From: Candidatus Eiseniibacteriota bacterium
GTDB taxonomy: Bacteria; Eisenbacteria; RBG-16-71-46
Direction: 5' to 3'
Assembly (NCBI GenBank): GCA_963744995.1
Contig: CAVUWA010000002.1
Coordinates: 358,654 to 422,653 of the forward strand
Length of the DNA stretch: 64,000 nt
Shown here: piece by piece, positions 27,884 to 36,208 of the stretch
Layout: every line of letters starts with the position of its first letter
How positions within the stretch are numbered: position 1 is the stretch's first letter
The notes under the pieces: model-generated
What the model was told of the DNA's origin: nothing
Seen by the model: only the letters and a program-made list of their open reading frames with translations
The model's database searches: none
Program-made: the position numbers and the translations under genes

Positions 27884-30800
27884 CTACTTCAGGAACGTCA
27901 GCTTGCGGGTGAACTGCGCGCCCGGCGTCACCATCCGGATGAAATACGCACCCGGCGCAAGTGCACGACCGGTGTCATCGCATCCGTCCCACGCCATCCG
28001 GTATTCGCCCGCTTCACGGAACCCGCGAGCGAGCGTGCGCACACGGCGCCCGTCTACCGAGTAGAGCGAGATCTCCACCGGGCCCGCCTGGGCGAGCCCG
28101 AACACCACGGTCGCCGATCCACGCGACGGATTCGGCACCGCGCCCGACAGGGTCGTGGTGAGCGGCACCGGTCGCGGCAGCGGGCCGGTCGAGGCGGCCA
28201 TCGTGACCTTGTGATTCGCGCCGTCGCGGGCGTCCACCGACGCGATCCCGAACTGCGGATCGCCCTCGGCGATCACCCGGAAACGCAGCTTCGCAATCGT
28301 GCCTTCGCCCACGAGGCCGGTGCGGTTGCGGCCGAGCAGCGCTGCGTCCACGGTGCCGGGCCGCGCCGACAGCACGACGCCGTTCTGAGCGTCGATCAGC
28401 GCTCCGCTCGAGACGCCTGCAGGGGCCACCACGGCCGGATTCCAGGTGAGCGCGACCGACATGGCCTGCACGAGGCCGTTGCCGCTGGCGTCGAGTCCGA
28501 CTTCGATGTCGGCACCGGTTGCGACGCGACCCGGCGCGTGCAGGACGAGAGCGTTCGAGCCGCCCGCCGCCGCGACCGGGTGCGCCGCCGCCTGCGGCGC
28601 GGTCACCTGCCCGTAGTTGATCGCGAACATCACCAGATCTTCGAAATTGATGACATTGTCGGTCGACGGCAGGGCGTCCACCGAGAGGTCGGCGGTGGGG
28701 CCGACATCGAGGTAGCCGACCGGATCGGAGGCGCCGAGCACGAGACCGTAGTTGGAGCCGAGCAGCGAGATGTCCTCGGTGGCGACCGCGTTGTTGCCCT
28801 GTCCGGGCGTGCTGCCGTCGCTCACGTCGCCGAGGTGGTAGTTGAGCGTGCCGGTGGTCACGTTCGACGGAGGCGACCATCCGCCGCCGCCGTTCTGCGT
28901 ATAGAGCACGTAGTAGTAGAAGTCGCGCGTCGCGGGCTCGTCCGTCTGGCCGGAGGCGGTGACGCCGGTGAGCGTCCACGGCCCGGACGGCGGATAGGCG
29001 CCCGGCGCCGGCGGCGCGGCGCCGCCGTTGTCGTCGTACTCGGGATACCCGCCGAAGCCGGCGCGGTAGACCTCGACCGCGGCGACGCCGGAAGGCGCCG
29101 TGAAGGTCAGCGTGATCTTCGTCGTGCCGTCGGTGTCGTTGCCGGACTTGAGCTGCGCGGCCGCCAGATCACCGAGCGCGTCGTCGTTGAGGATCGTGCC
29201 CGTGCCGGTCGCCGTCGTAAGAGTGGCGTTGACCGGGTTGCTCAGGTTCACCGTGAACGTCTCGTCCGGTTCGCTGCCGGTGTCGCCGTTCACGACCACG
29301 ACGACCGGCTTCGTGGTCTCGCCCGGGTTGAATGTCAGCGTCGTCGTGCCGATCGCGGTGAAGTCGCCGGGCGCGATGGCGCCGCCGTTGGCGGTCGCGT
29401 AGTCGACCGTCACGACCTGCCCGCTCGCGGCCGACAGCGTCACGGTGAAGTCGAAGTTCGTGGTGCCGGCGTCACCTTCGGCCAGCGCCACGTCGTCGAT
29501 CGAGAGCGTCGGTTCGGCGTCGTCGTCCAGGATCGTGACGGTGACCTGCTGCGTGCCGTTCTCGGTCGCACCGGCGCTCACCGCGTCGACGTCCACCACG
29601 ACGTCCTCGTCGGGCTCGTCGATCGCGTCCTGCACCGCGGCGATCGTGACGCTGCCGGTGGTGCCGAGCGCCGGGATGACGATCTGGGTGCCGGAGCGGG
29701 TGTAGTCGTCGTTGAGGGTCGCGGCGCCGGAGAACGCGAGGTCGACCGTGATCGCCGCGCTGCTCTGGCCGGACAGGGTCGCGGTGACCGTGGCCGGGCT
29801 GTCGGAGCCGTCTTCGGCCAGCGTCGCCGTATCGACGCTCAGCGACACGGTCGGCTCGGCGTCGTCGTCCAGGATCGTGACGGTGACCTGCTGCGTGCCG
29901 TTCTCGGTCGCGCCGGCGCTCACCGCGTCGACGTCCACCACGACGTCCTCGTCGGGCTCGTCGATCGCGTCCTGCACCGCGGCGATCGTGACGCTGCCGG
30001 TGGTGCCGAGCGCCGGGATGACGATCTGGGTGCCGGAGCGGGTGTAGTCGTCGTTGAGGGTCGCGGCGCCGGAGAACGCGAGGTCGACCGTGATCGCCGC
30101 GCTGCTCTGGCCGGACAGGGTCGCGGTGACCGTGGCCGGGCTGTCGGAGCCGTCTTCGGCCAGCGTCGCCGTATCGACGCTCAGCGACACGGTCGGCTCG
30201 GCGTCGTCGTCCAGGATCGTGACGGTGACCTGCTGCGTGCCGTTCTCGGTCGCACCGGCGCTCACCGCGTCGACGTCCACCACGACGTCCTCGTCGGGCT
30301 CGTCGATCGCGTCCTGCACCGCGGCGATCGTGACGCTGCCGGTGGTGCCGAGCGCCGGGATGACGATCTGGGTGCCGGAGCGGGTGTAGTCGTCGTTGAG
30401 GGTCGCGGCGCCGGAGAACGCGAGGTCGACCGTGATCGCCGCGCTGCTCTGGCCGGACAGGGTCGCGGTGACCGTGGCCGGGCTGTCGGAGCCGTCTTCG
30501 GCCAGCGTCGCCGTATCGACGCTCAGCGACACGGTCGGTTCGGCGTCATTGTCCTGGATCGTCCCCGTACCGGTGGCGGTGGTGATCGAGGCGCCCGAAG
30601 GGTTCGACAGGCCGACCGTGAAATCCTCGTCGGGCTCGTCGACGGCATCGTCGTTGATCGTCACGCTGACCGGCTTGCTCGACTCGCCGACGTTGAAGGT
30701 GAGCGTCGTCGTGCCGATCGCGACATAGTCGTCCGGCGCGACGGCGGAGCCGTCGGCCGTCGCGTAGTCGACCGTCACGGTCTGACCGGCCGGTACCGGC

Positions 30801-31930
30801 GCGTTCAGCGATACCGTGAACGTCGCGGTGCCGTCACCTTCATCGACCGTCACGTCGTCGATCGACAGCTGGTTCTCGGCGAACGTGGCGGTAATGGTGT
30901 GGTCGGCGGTCACGTTGTTGAACGTGTAATCGGTCTGCACGCCCTGCGAGTTGCCGTCCACGACCACGTCGGTCGTGTGGTAGCCGGCATCCGGGGTGAT
31001 GGTGAAGGCCTGGGTGCCGTCGTAAACGACGTTCACGGGGCCGGCGGGCGCGATCGAGCCGTTGGCGCCCTGGGTCACCGTGATCACGTAGTAGCCGATC
31101 GTGAACACCGCGTCACTCACGTCCTGAACCGAATTGCCGTTGACGTCGCGGGCGGTCACGCGCACCAGCGCGGTGGTCGAGGCGTCGTTCGGGACGGCCC
31201 AGGCGTAGCTGCCGCTGTTCGCCAGATTCGTGGCGATCGAGACCCACGACGAGCCGTTGTCGTTGGAGTAATCGAGGTCGATGCCCGCGGCGTCGATCGC
31301 CTCGTCGTCCGAGGCCGTCCAGGTGATGTTCTGCGTGGAGCCGACGACCCAGAACTCGCCGCCGTTGGGAGCGGTCACGGCCGCGCTCGGCAGTGTGTTG
31401 TCGATGCCCGCCGACGCGGCCGTGCCGATCGACGAGGACAGCGTGGCGTTGCTGCAGTCACGCAGAATCACGTTGGTGATCGTCACCGTGCCCGTGCCGG
31501 AAGGATCGGTGCTGGCGACGTCGATGCTGAAGAGCGTGCCGGTCAGCGCGGAGCTGCCGCACGGCGTGCCCAGCGTCACGCCGTCGGCGGTGTACTGACC
31601 GCCGCCATGGTCGATGACCTGAAAATTCGTAGCCGCTCCGTCGGCGGCGAGAAACCCACCGAGCGTGATGCTCGACGTTCCCGAAGGCAGTGACAGTTCG
31701 GAAGACACGGTGAAATCGACGCTGAACCCGAGCACCGGCGTGTTGTCGGTGCGCGTGATCGTCACGGGGACCGACACCGGCGTGTTCGTCGTCGAGATCT
31801 TGCCCGAAGGCGAAACGGCGTCGATCGTGGTCTGGGCCATGGCCGTGGAGACGGTCGCCGCGCTCAGAAACAGCAGCGCGGCAAGCCCGGAGGCAATGCG
31901 CGTGACAGGTCGGAGAAGGAGCTGGGTCAT
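27884..31930 (-). CDS. surface protein: cohesin-like N-domain, Ig-like domains, 5 Calx-beta domains and the shared dockerin-like, cohesin-like, FlgD-Ig cassette
   Basis: ATG 31930 gives MTQLLLRPVTRIASGLAALLFLSAATVSTAMA (signal peptide). Calx-beta signatures are LSIDDVTVDEGDGTATFTVSL..VTVDYATADGSAVAPDDYVA..LTF..GESSKPVSVTINDDAVDEPDEDF. C-terminus EVYRAGFGGYPEYDD..GDVSDG..TEDISLLGSNYG..TDNVINFEDLVMFAINYG..VALTWNPAVVAP..VPNPSRGSATVVFGL..ISLYSVDGRRV..GAYFIRM. Confidence 0.9.
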   Translation of the reverse strand: MTQLLLRPVTRIASGLAALLFLSAATVSTAMAQTTIDAVSPSGKISTTNTPVSVPVTITRTDNTPVLGFSVDFTVSSELSLPSGTSSITLGGFLAADGAATNFQVIDHGGGQYTADGVTLGTPCGSSALTGTLFSIDVASTDPSGTGTVTITNVILRDCSNATLSSSIGTAASAGIDNTLPSAAVTAPNGGEFWVVGSTQNITWTASDDEAIDAAGIDLDYSNDNGSSWVSIATNLANSGSYAWAVPNDASTTALVRVTARDVNGNSVQDVSDAVFTIGYYVITVTQGANGSIAPAGPVNVVYDGTQAFTITPDAGYHTTDVVVDGNSQGVQTDYTFNNVTADHTITATFAENQLSIDDVTVDEGDGTATFTVSLNAPVPAGQTVTVDYATADGSAVAPDDYVAIGTTTLTFNVGESSKPVSVTINDDAVDEPDEDFTVGLSNPSGASITTATGTGTIQDNDAEPTVSLSVDTATLAEDGSDSPATVTATLSGQSSAAITVDLAFSGAATLNDDYTRSGTQIVIPALGTTGSVTIAAVQDAIDEPDEDVVVDVDAVSAGATENGTQQVTVTILDDDAEPTVSLSVDTATLAEDGSDSPATVTATLSGQSSAAITVDLAFSGAATLNDDYTRSGTQIVIPALGTTGSVTIAAVQDAIDEPDEDVVVDVDAVSAGATENGTQQVTVTILDDDAEPTVSLSVDTATLAEDGSDSPATVTATLSGQSSAAITVDLAFSGAATLNDDYTRSGTQIVIPALGTTGSVTIAAVQDAIDEPDEDVVVDVDAVSAGATENGTQQVTVTILDDDAEPTLSIDDVALAEGDAGTTNFDFTVTLSAASGQVVTVDYATANGGAIAPGDFTAIGTTTLTFNPGETTKPVVVVVNGDTGSEPDETFTVNLSNPVNATLTTATGTGTILNDDALGDLAAAQLKSGNDTDGTTKITLTFTAPSGVAAVEVYRAGFGGYPEYDDNGGAAPPAPGAYPPSGPWTLTGVTASGQTDEPATRDFYYYVLYTQNGGGGWSPPSNVTTGTLNYHLGDVSDGSTPGQGNNAVATEDISLLGSNYGLVLGASDPVGYLDVGPTADLSVDALPSTDNVINFEDLVMFAINYGQVTAPQAAAHPVAAAGGSNALVLHAPGRVATGADIEVGLDASGNGLVQAMSVALTWNPAVVAPAGVSSGALIDAQNGVVLSARPGTVDAALLGRNRTGLVGEGTIAKLRFRVIAEGDPQFGIASVDARDGANHKVTMAASTGPLPRPVPLTTTLSGAVPNPSRGSATVVFGLAQAGPVEISLYSVDGRRVRTLARGFREAGEYRMAWDGCDDTGRALAPGAYFIRMVTPGAQFTRKLTFLK
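29508..30547 (-). repeat. three near-identical 342-bp tandem repeats (one Calx-beta domain each)
   Basis: The motif cggcgtcgtcgtccaggatcgtgacggtgacctgctg recurs at 29515, 29857 and 30199, and a truncated start recurs at 30541, giving a period of exactly 342 bp (114 codons). I saw only two substitutions between copies: gca/gcg at 29570 vs 29912, and tt/ct at 29513-14. The + strand shadow ORFs 29712.., 30054.. and 30396.. are identical for about 100 aa. Confidence 0.95.
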
Positions 31931-31950
31931 GGTGATCTCCGGTGGGGAGT

Positions 31951-31974
31951 ACACGCATCGAACGGCATGCGTGT
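31951..31974 (-). promoter_or_regulatory. hairpin in the putative 5' leader of the surface-protein operon
   Basis: acacgcat-cgaacggc-atgcgtgt forms a perfect 8-bp stem. It lies 21 nt upstream of ATG 31930, next to the GGAG RBS. Its function is unknown. Confidence 0.3.
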
Positions 31975-32782
31975 GGCTGAGGGACGGAGTTTCGCTGGAA
32001 AGTCGACGGGGAAACGTGCCGCAAGCGGCCACATGGGCGGCCGCTGGGCCGTCGCCGGCGCGGGCGTGCAGCACGGCGGGCGCGTGAAGTCACGCCTGCC
32101 GGAACGTGCCGGCGGCGAGCCGGGAGGTAATTCGAGAAGTGCGCCGGGGCGATCGGGCCAATGCATCGAACGCCGGGCGCGCTGGATGGCGGCCCACGAA
32201 GTCATGCGATCTCGAGCGTTGAAAACTTCAGCGTCACGCCGGGATGCGTGCCGGCAGCGCACAAGGTGGCGCACTGCATCTCCGAGGGGGGTGGGAGCTG
32301 CACTGCACGGTCGCTGCGGCCTGCAGCTCGGCGAAAGGGTCCCGGTGAGTGGGAACGTTTGCCAAACAATATGGTCCACCCCCTGCACGCCGCGGGCAAG
32401 CGATACTTCGCAAAGAACGCATGAAAGTTCTCCGGGATGGGGCAAACTGACGCCGCGTGTATCAAATGTCTTTATGAACGTAGACCAAAGTAGAAGGTCC
32501 AGGCGGCATTGCGCGGAGGATGCGGCGCGATGGGCAGGCCCGGGCTGCCGCCGTCGCCGGAGGGACGGCGACAGTCCGCAACCCGGGAGGCGGCCCGCGC
32601 TGCTCGAGCCCGGTGCAGGCATGCGGGAGCCGCGGGCGTCTCCCGCGCGGCGCCACGCGGATCCGCCGCCTTGAGCCGCGCTGCCGCAGGGCCTAGGATT
32701 GCCGATTCACACGGAATCCAGCGGGGGGACGCGTTCAACTGCTTGTCCGCCCTGCGGATGCACCTTCGCCTGAGAGGCCAGC

Positions 32783-34195
32783 ATGGGACTTCTGATCCGT
32801 CACGGTGAGATCGTCACCGCCAGCGACCGTTACGTCGCCGACGTCTACTGCGATGGCGGCCGCATCGCCGCCATCGGCAGCGCGCTCGAGAAGCGCGGCA
32901 GCGACGACCAGGTCATCGACGCGTCCGGCAAACTGCTGCTGCCGGGTTTCATCGATCCCCACGTTCACATGGAGCTGCCGTTCATGGGCACGGTGTCGTG
33001 CGACGACTTCTTTTCCGGGCCCGCCTCGGGAGTCGCCGGCGGCACCACCTGCTTCATCGACTTCTGCATTCCGTCACCGGGCACCTCGCTGCTCGAAGGC
33101 CTCGCGGACTGGCGCAGGAAGAGTTCGAAGTCGCCGGTCGACTACACGGCCCACATGGCCATCACATCATGGAGCGACCGCACGGCGGCCGAGATGACGG
33201 AGGTGGTCGAGAAACACGGCATCACGTCGTTCAAGGTGTTCATGGCATACAAGGGTGCGATCATGGTCGACGACCACGCGCTCTATCAGGTGATGAAGAA
33301 CGCGGCCCGGCTGGGCGCAGTCGTCACCGTGCACGCCGAGAACGGCGATGCCGTCTTCAACCTGCAGAAAGAGCTCGTTGCGGCCGGCGATCTCGGCCCC
33401 GAGTACCATCCCGTATCGCGGCCCAGCGCGGTCGAGGGCGAAGCCACCGGGCGTGCGCTGATGATGGCGCGGTTGCACGGCGCGGTGCCGTACATCGTCC
33501 ACATGACCTGCAAGGAATCGGTGGCGGCGCTCGAGCGTGCGAAACTCGACGGGCAGAAGTGCTACGGCGAGACCTGCCCGCAGTACCTGCTGCTCGACGA
33601 TACCGTGTTCACGAAGCCCGACTTCGAAGGCGCCACGTACGTCATGAGCCCGCCGATCAGGCCGGGCCACGTCGGGCACCAGGAATCGCTGTGGAACGGG
33701 ATCTCCACCGGCATGCTCGACTCGGTCGGCACCGACCACTGCCCGTTCATGTTCGAGCAGAAGAAGATGGGCAAGGACGATTTCACGAAGATCCCGAACG
33801 GTGCGGCGGGGATCGAGGATCGGCTGATGATGCTGCACACCCACGGCGTGCTGAAGGGCCGCTTCGACCTGCAGCGCATGGTCGCCCTCGGCAGCACGAA
33901 TCCGGCGCGGATCTTCGGACTGTACCCGCGCAAGGGAACGATCGCCGTCGGCAGCGACGCGGACCTCGTGGTGTTCGATCCGAACGCCAGGGGTAAGCGC
34001 GGCGCGAAAGCGCATCACTCGAAGGCGGACCGCAGCATCTTCGAGGGCTTCGAGGTCACCGGCATGCCGTCGCAGGTGATCGTCAACGGCCGCGTCCAGT
34101 TCGAGAAAGGCAAGCTGTCGGTCGAGAAGGGCGCCGGTCGGTTCATCGAGCGTGCGGTTCAGCAGACGCACATGCCGCACATGGCCGGTGTATGA
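32783..34195 (+). CDS. dihydropyrimidinase / D-hydantoinase
   Basis: MGLLIRHGEIVTASDRYVADVYCDGGRIAAIG... Metal-binding motif GFIDPHVHMELPF. Carbamylated-Lys context FKVFMAYKG. Further contexts VHAENGD and GTDHCPF. 470 aa, the typical length. Confidence 0.9.
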   Translation: MGLLIRHGEIVTASDRYVADVYCDGGRIAAIGSALEKRGSDDQVIDASGKLLLPGFIDPHVHMELPFMGTVSCDDFFSGPASGVAGGTTCFIDFCIPSPGTSLLEGLADWRRKSSKSPVDYTAHMAITSWSDRTAAEMTEVVEKHGITSFKVFMAYKGAIMVDDHALYQVMKNAARLGAVVTVHAENGDAVFNLQKELVAAGDLGPEYHPVSRPSAVEGEATGRALMMARLHGAVPYIVHMTCKESVAALERAKLDGQKCYGETCPQYLLLDDTVFTKPDFEGATYVMSPPIRPGHVGHQESLWNGISTGMLDSVGTDHCPFMFEQKKMGKDDFTKIPNGAAGIEDRLMMLHTHGVLKGRFDLQRMVALGSTNPARIFGLYPRKGTIAVGSDADLVVFDPNARGKRGAKAHHSKADRSIFEGFEVTGMPSQVIVNGRVQFEKGKLSVEKGAGRFIERAVQQTHMPHMAGV

Positions 34196-34214
34196 CCGGG
34201 GAGAGGAGACGCTG

Positions 34215-35546
34215 TTGAATCCGAAGACATCCGACCCGACGGGTGCCGCGACATCGGCCGAAGTCCGGTCGAAGCACGAGAAGTACCTGTTCCCCGCGGT
34301 CACCCACTACTACGCCGAGTCCACCGTGCTCGCCGAGGGCAAGGGCCTGAGGCTCCGGGACCTCGACGGCCGCGAGTACCTCGATTTCTTCGGCGGCATC
34401 CTCACGGTCTCCGTGGGCCACTGCAACGACGAGGTCAACGCCGCCGTGAAGGCGCAGATCGACCGCCTCGGGCACGTCTCGACGCTGTACCCGACACTGC
34501 CGATCGTCGAGCTGGCCGAGAAGCTGGCGTCGATCTCGCCGGGCGATCTGCAGAAGTGCTATTTCACCGCGAGCGGCACCGAGGCCGACGAGACGGCGGT
34601 GATGATGGCGCAGCTCGCCACCGGCAGGCAGGAGATCATCGCACTCCGGCACGGTTATTCGGGCCGCTCGATGCTGGCGCAATCCCTGACGGCGCAGGCC
34701 CCGTGGCGGGCCGTCACCACCCAGGTGGCGGCGGTGAAGCACGCGATGGCGCCCTACTGCTACCGCTGTCCGCTCGGGCTCACGTATCCATCGTGCGAGG
34801 TGCGCTGCGCGCGCGACATCGAGGAGCTGATTCAGACCACGACCACCGGGCAGCCGGCCGCTTTCCTCGCCGAGCCGATCCAGGGCGTGGGCGGTTTCGT
34901 GACGCCGCCGAAGGAGTACTTCCAGATCGCCGTGGAGATCGTGCGGCGCCACGGCGGCGTGTTCATCTGCGATGAGGTGCAGACCGGCTTTGGCCGCACG
35001 GGCGACAAATGGTGGGGCTGCGAGCACTACGGCGTCGAGCCCGACATCATGACGATGGCCAAGGGCATCGCCAACGGCATGCCGCTGTCCGCGACCATCT
35101 GCACGCCGGCGATCGCCGACTCGCTCACCAAGATGACGATCTCGACGTTCGGCGGGAATCCGGTGAGCTGCGCCGCCGCCAACGCGACGATCGGCTACAT
35201 GGAGCGTCACGATCTGCGGACGAACGCGGCCGGGCAGGGCCGGCGCCTGCACGACGGCCTGCGCAGGATCCAGGCGAAGTACCCGCGGACGATCGGCGAC
35301 GTGCGCGGCATGGGACTGATGGCCGGCGTCGAGCTGGTCGAAGACGAGACCCGGGGCGATCGCACGCCGAACGGGAAGAAGACCGCGCAGCTCTTCGAGG
35401 AGACGAAGAAGCGCGGGCTGCTGATCGGCAAGGGCGGTCTCTACGGCAACGTGCTGCGCATCTCGCCGCCGCTCACGGTGACGGCGGCCGAAGTGGACGA
35501 GGCGCTCGGCAAGCTCGACGAGTCGTTCGGGGCGATCGGCGCGTGA
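34215..35546 (+). CDS. class-III PLP aminotransferase (beta-alanine/beta-aminoisobutyrate or AGXT2-like)
   Basis: TTG 34215 follows GGAGAGGAG. The track start 34152 overlaps the dihydropyrimidinase gene. Motifs are LDFFGGILTVSVGHC, CDEVQTGFGRTG and the PLP-lysine context IMTMAKGIANG. The position between dihydropyrimidinase and PreT supports a role in pyrimidine catabolism. Confidence 0.85.
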   Translation: MNPKTSDPTGAATSAEVRSKHEKYLFPAVTHYYAESTVLAEGKGLRLRDLDGREYLDFFGGILTVSVGHCNDEVNAAVKAQIDRLGHVSTLYPTLPIVELAEKLASISPGDLQKCYFTASGTEADETAVMMAQLATGRQEIIALRHGYSGRSMLAQSLTAQAPWRAVTTQVAAVKHAMAPYCYRCPLGLTYPSCEVRCARDIEELIQTTTTGQPAAFLAEPIQGVGGFVTPPKEYFQIAVEIVRRHGGVFICDEVQTGFGRTGDKWWGCEHYGVEPDIMTMAKGIANGMPLSATICTPAIADSLTKMTISTFGGNPVSCAAANATIGYMERHDLRTNAAGQGRRLHDGLRRIQAKYPRTIGDVRGMGLMAGVELVEDETRGDRTPNGKKTAQLFEETKKRGLLIGKGGLYGNVLRISPPLTVTAAEVDEALGKLDESFGAIGA

Positions 35547-36208
35547 GCTCGGAACGGGGAGGGCCTGCGGGGGTGAGGATCCTGGTCGGCAGCGGCCTCA
35601 TCGTGATCATCGCGCTCGGTGCGATGCTGTTCATCGAACCGTGGGTGATCGGCAAGGCGAAGGGGCTCGAGCGCGAGGGCAGGCTGGATCAGGAGATCGC
35701 ATTTCTCGCCGAGGCCGAGACCATGGTGCCGTGGGGCCACGACATCGGCGAGCGCCTCGACGACGCGATGTTGCGCCGTGCCGAGCAGGGTCTCCAGGCC
35801 GATCGCCTGGACGAGGCCACGCGCGCGTTCCGCGAGGCGTGGCCGCGCATGAAGGCGCGCGGCAAGGCGGAGGACGACCGCGTGCTGACGCTCGCCGTCA
35901 CGACCTTCGCCCGCGACTCCGAGCGGCTGCGGCGCCAGGGGCGGCTGAGCCTCGCCGCCGACTTCAACGACAGTCTGTTCGTCTATGCCGTACGGGCGCC
36001 GGATCCGGTGCACCGCCAGGCCGCGTTGCAGGCGTTCACGGAGGGGCTCAACCTGCGCGTGCTGGACGGCCATCCATGCGCGGCGCTCGCGCGGGTGAAG
36101 TGGGCGAAGCAGGGCCTCGGCGGGGTGGTACCGGGCCTCGATCCGAGCGTCGAGCAGGAACTCTCGCGCCAGTGTGCGCGCTCACGTCAGAGGAGGAGTA
36201 GCGGATGA
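35543..36208 (+). CDS. hypothetical single-pass membrane protein embedded in the pyrimidine-catabolism operon
   Basis: GTG 35543 overlaps TGA 35544-46; an alternative GTG lies at 35573. TM helix ILVGSGLIVIIALGAMLFIEPWVIG is followed by an alpha-helical soluble part. The stop overlaps preT's ATG (ATGA at 36205-08). No family recognised. Confidence 0.55.
   Translation: MSSERGGPAGVRILVGSGLIVIIALGAMLFIEPWVIGKAKGLEREGRLDQEIAFLAEAETMVPWGHDIGERLDDAMLRRAEQGLQADRLDEATRAFREAWPRMKARGKAEDDRVLTLAVTTFARDSERLRRQGRLSLAADFNDSLFVYAVRAPDPVHRQAALQAFTEGLNLRVLDGHPCAALARVKWAKQGLGGVVPGLDPSVEQELSRQCARSRQRRSSG

Noticed and set aside
29508-30547. Regular 342-bp repeats considered as a CRISPR or satellite array
   Set aside because: The repeats are contiguous with no unique spacers, are a multiple of three in length, and translate in frame to whole Calx-beta domains inside a long ORF. 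No cas genes are present in the window.
17589-31693. Very long + strand ORFs (17589-21875, 1428 aa; 22965-27314, 1449 aa; 27671-31693, 1340 aa) antisense to the surface-protein genes
   Set aside because: Their translations are Arg/Gly/Ala/Asp-rich low-complexity strings with no motifs. The opposite strand encodes clearly structured domain proteins with signal peptides, RBSs and repeats. Long stop-free antisense frames are expected in roughly 70% GC DNA with G/C-ending codons.
9807-32074. Mobile-element hallmarks (integrase, transposase, tRNA target, flanking direct repeats) at the borders of the two surface-protein islands
   Set aside because: By eye I found no integrase or transposase ORFs, no tRNA gene and no obvious long direct repeats at 9.8/32.1 kb or 43.9/54.7 kb. 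The island interpretation therefore rests only on synteny logic and is not called as a mobile element.
31927-32674. ORFs of 231 aa (-) and 235 aa (+) filling the long intergenic region
   Set aside because: Both translate to Arg/Pro/Ala/Ser-rich sequences without hydrophobic periodicity or motifs. They overlap each other completely, and the AT-richer core breaks codon-bias continuity.
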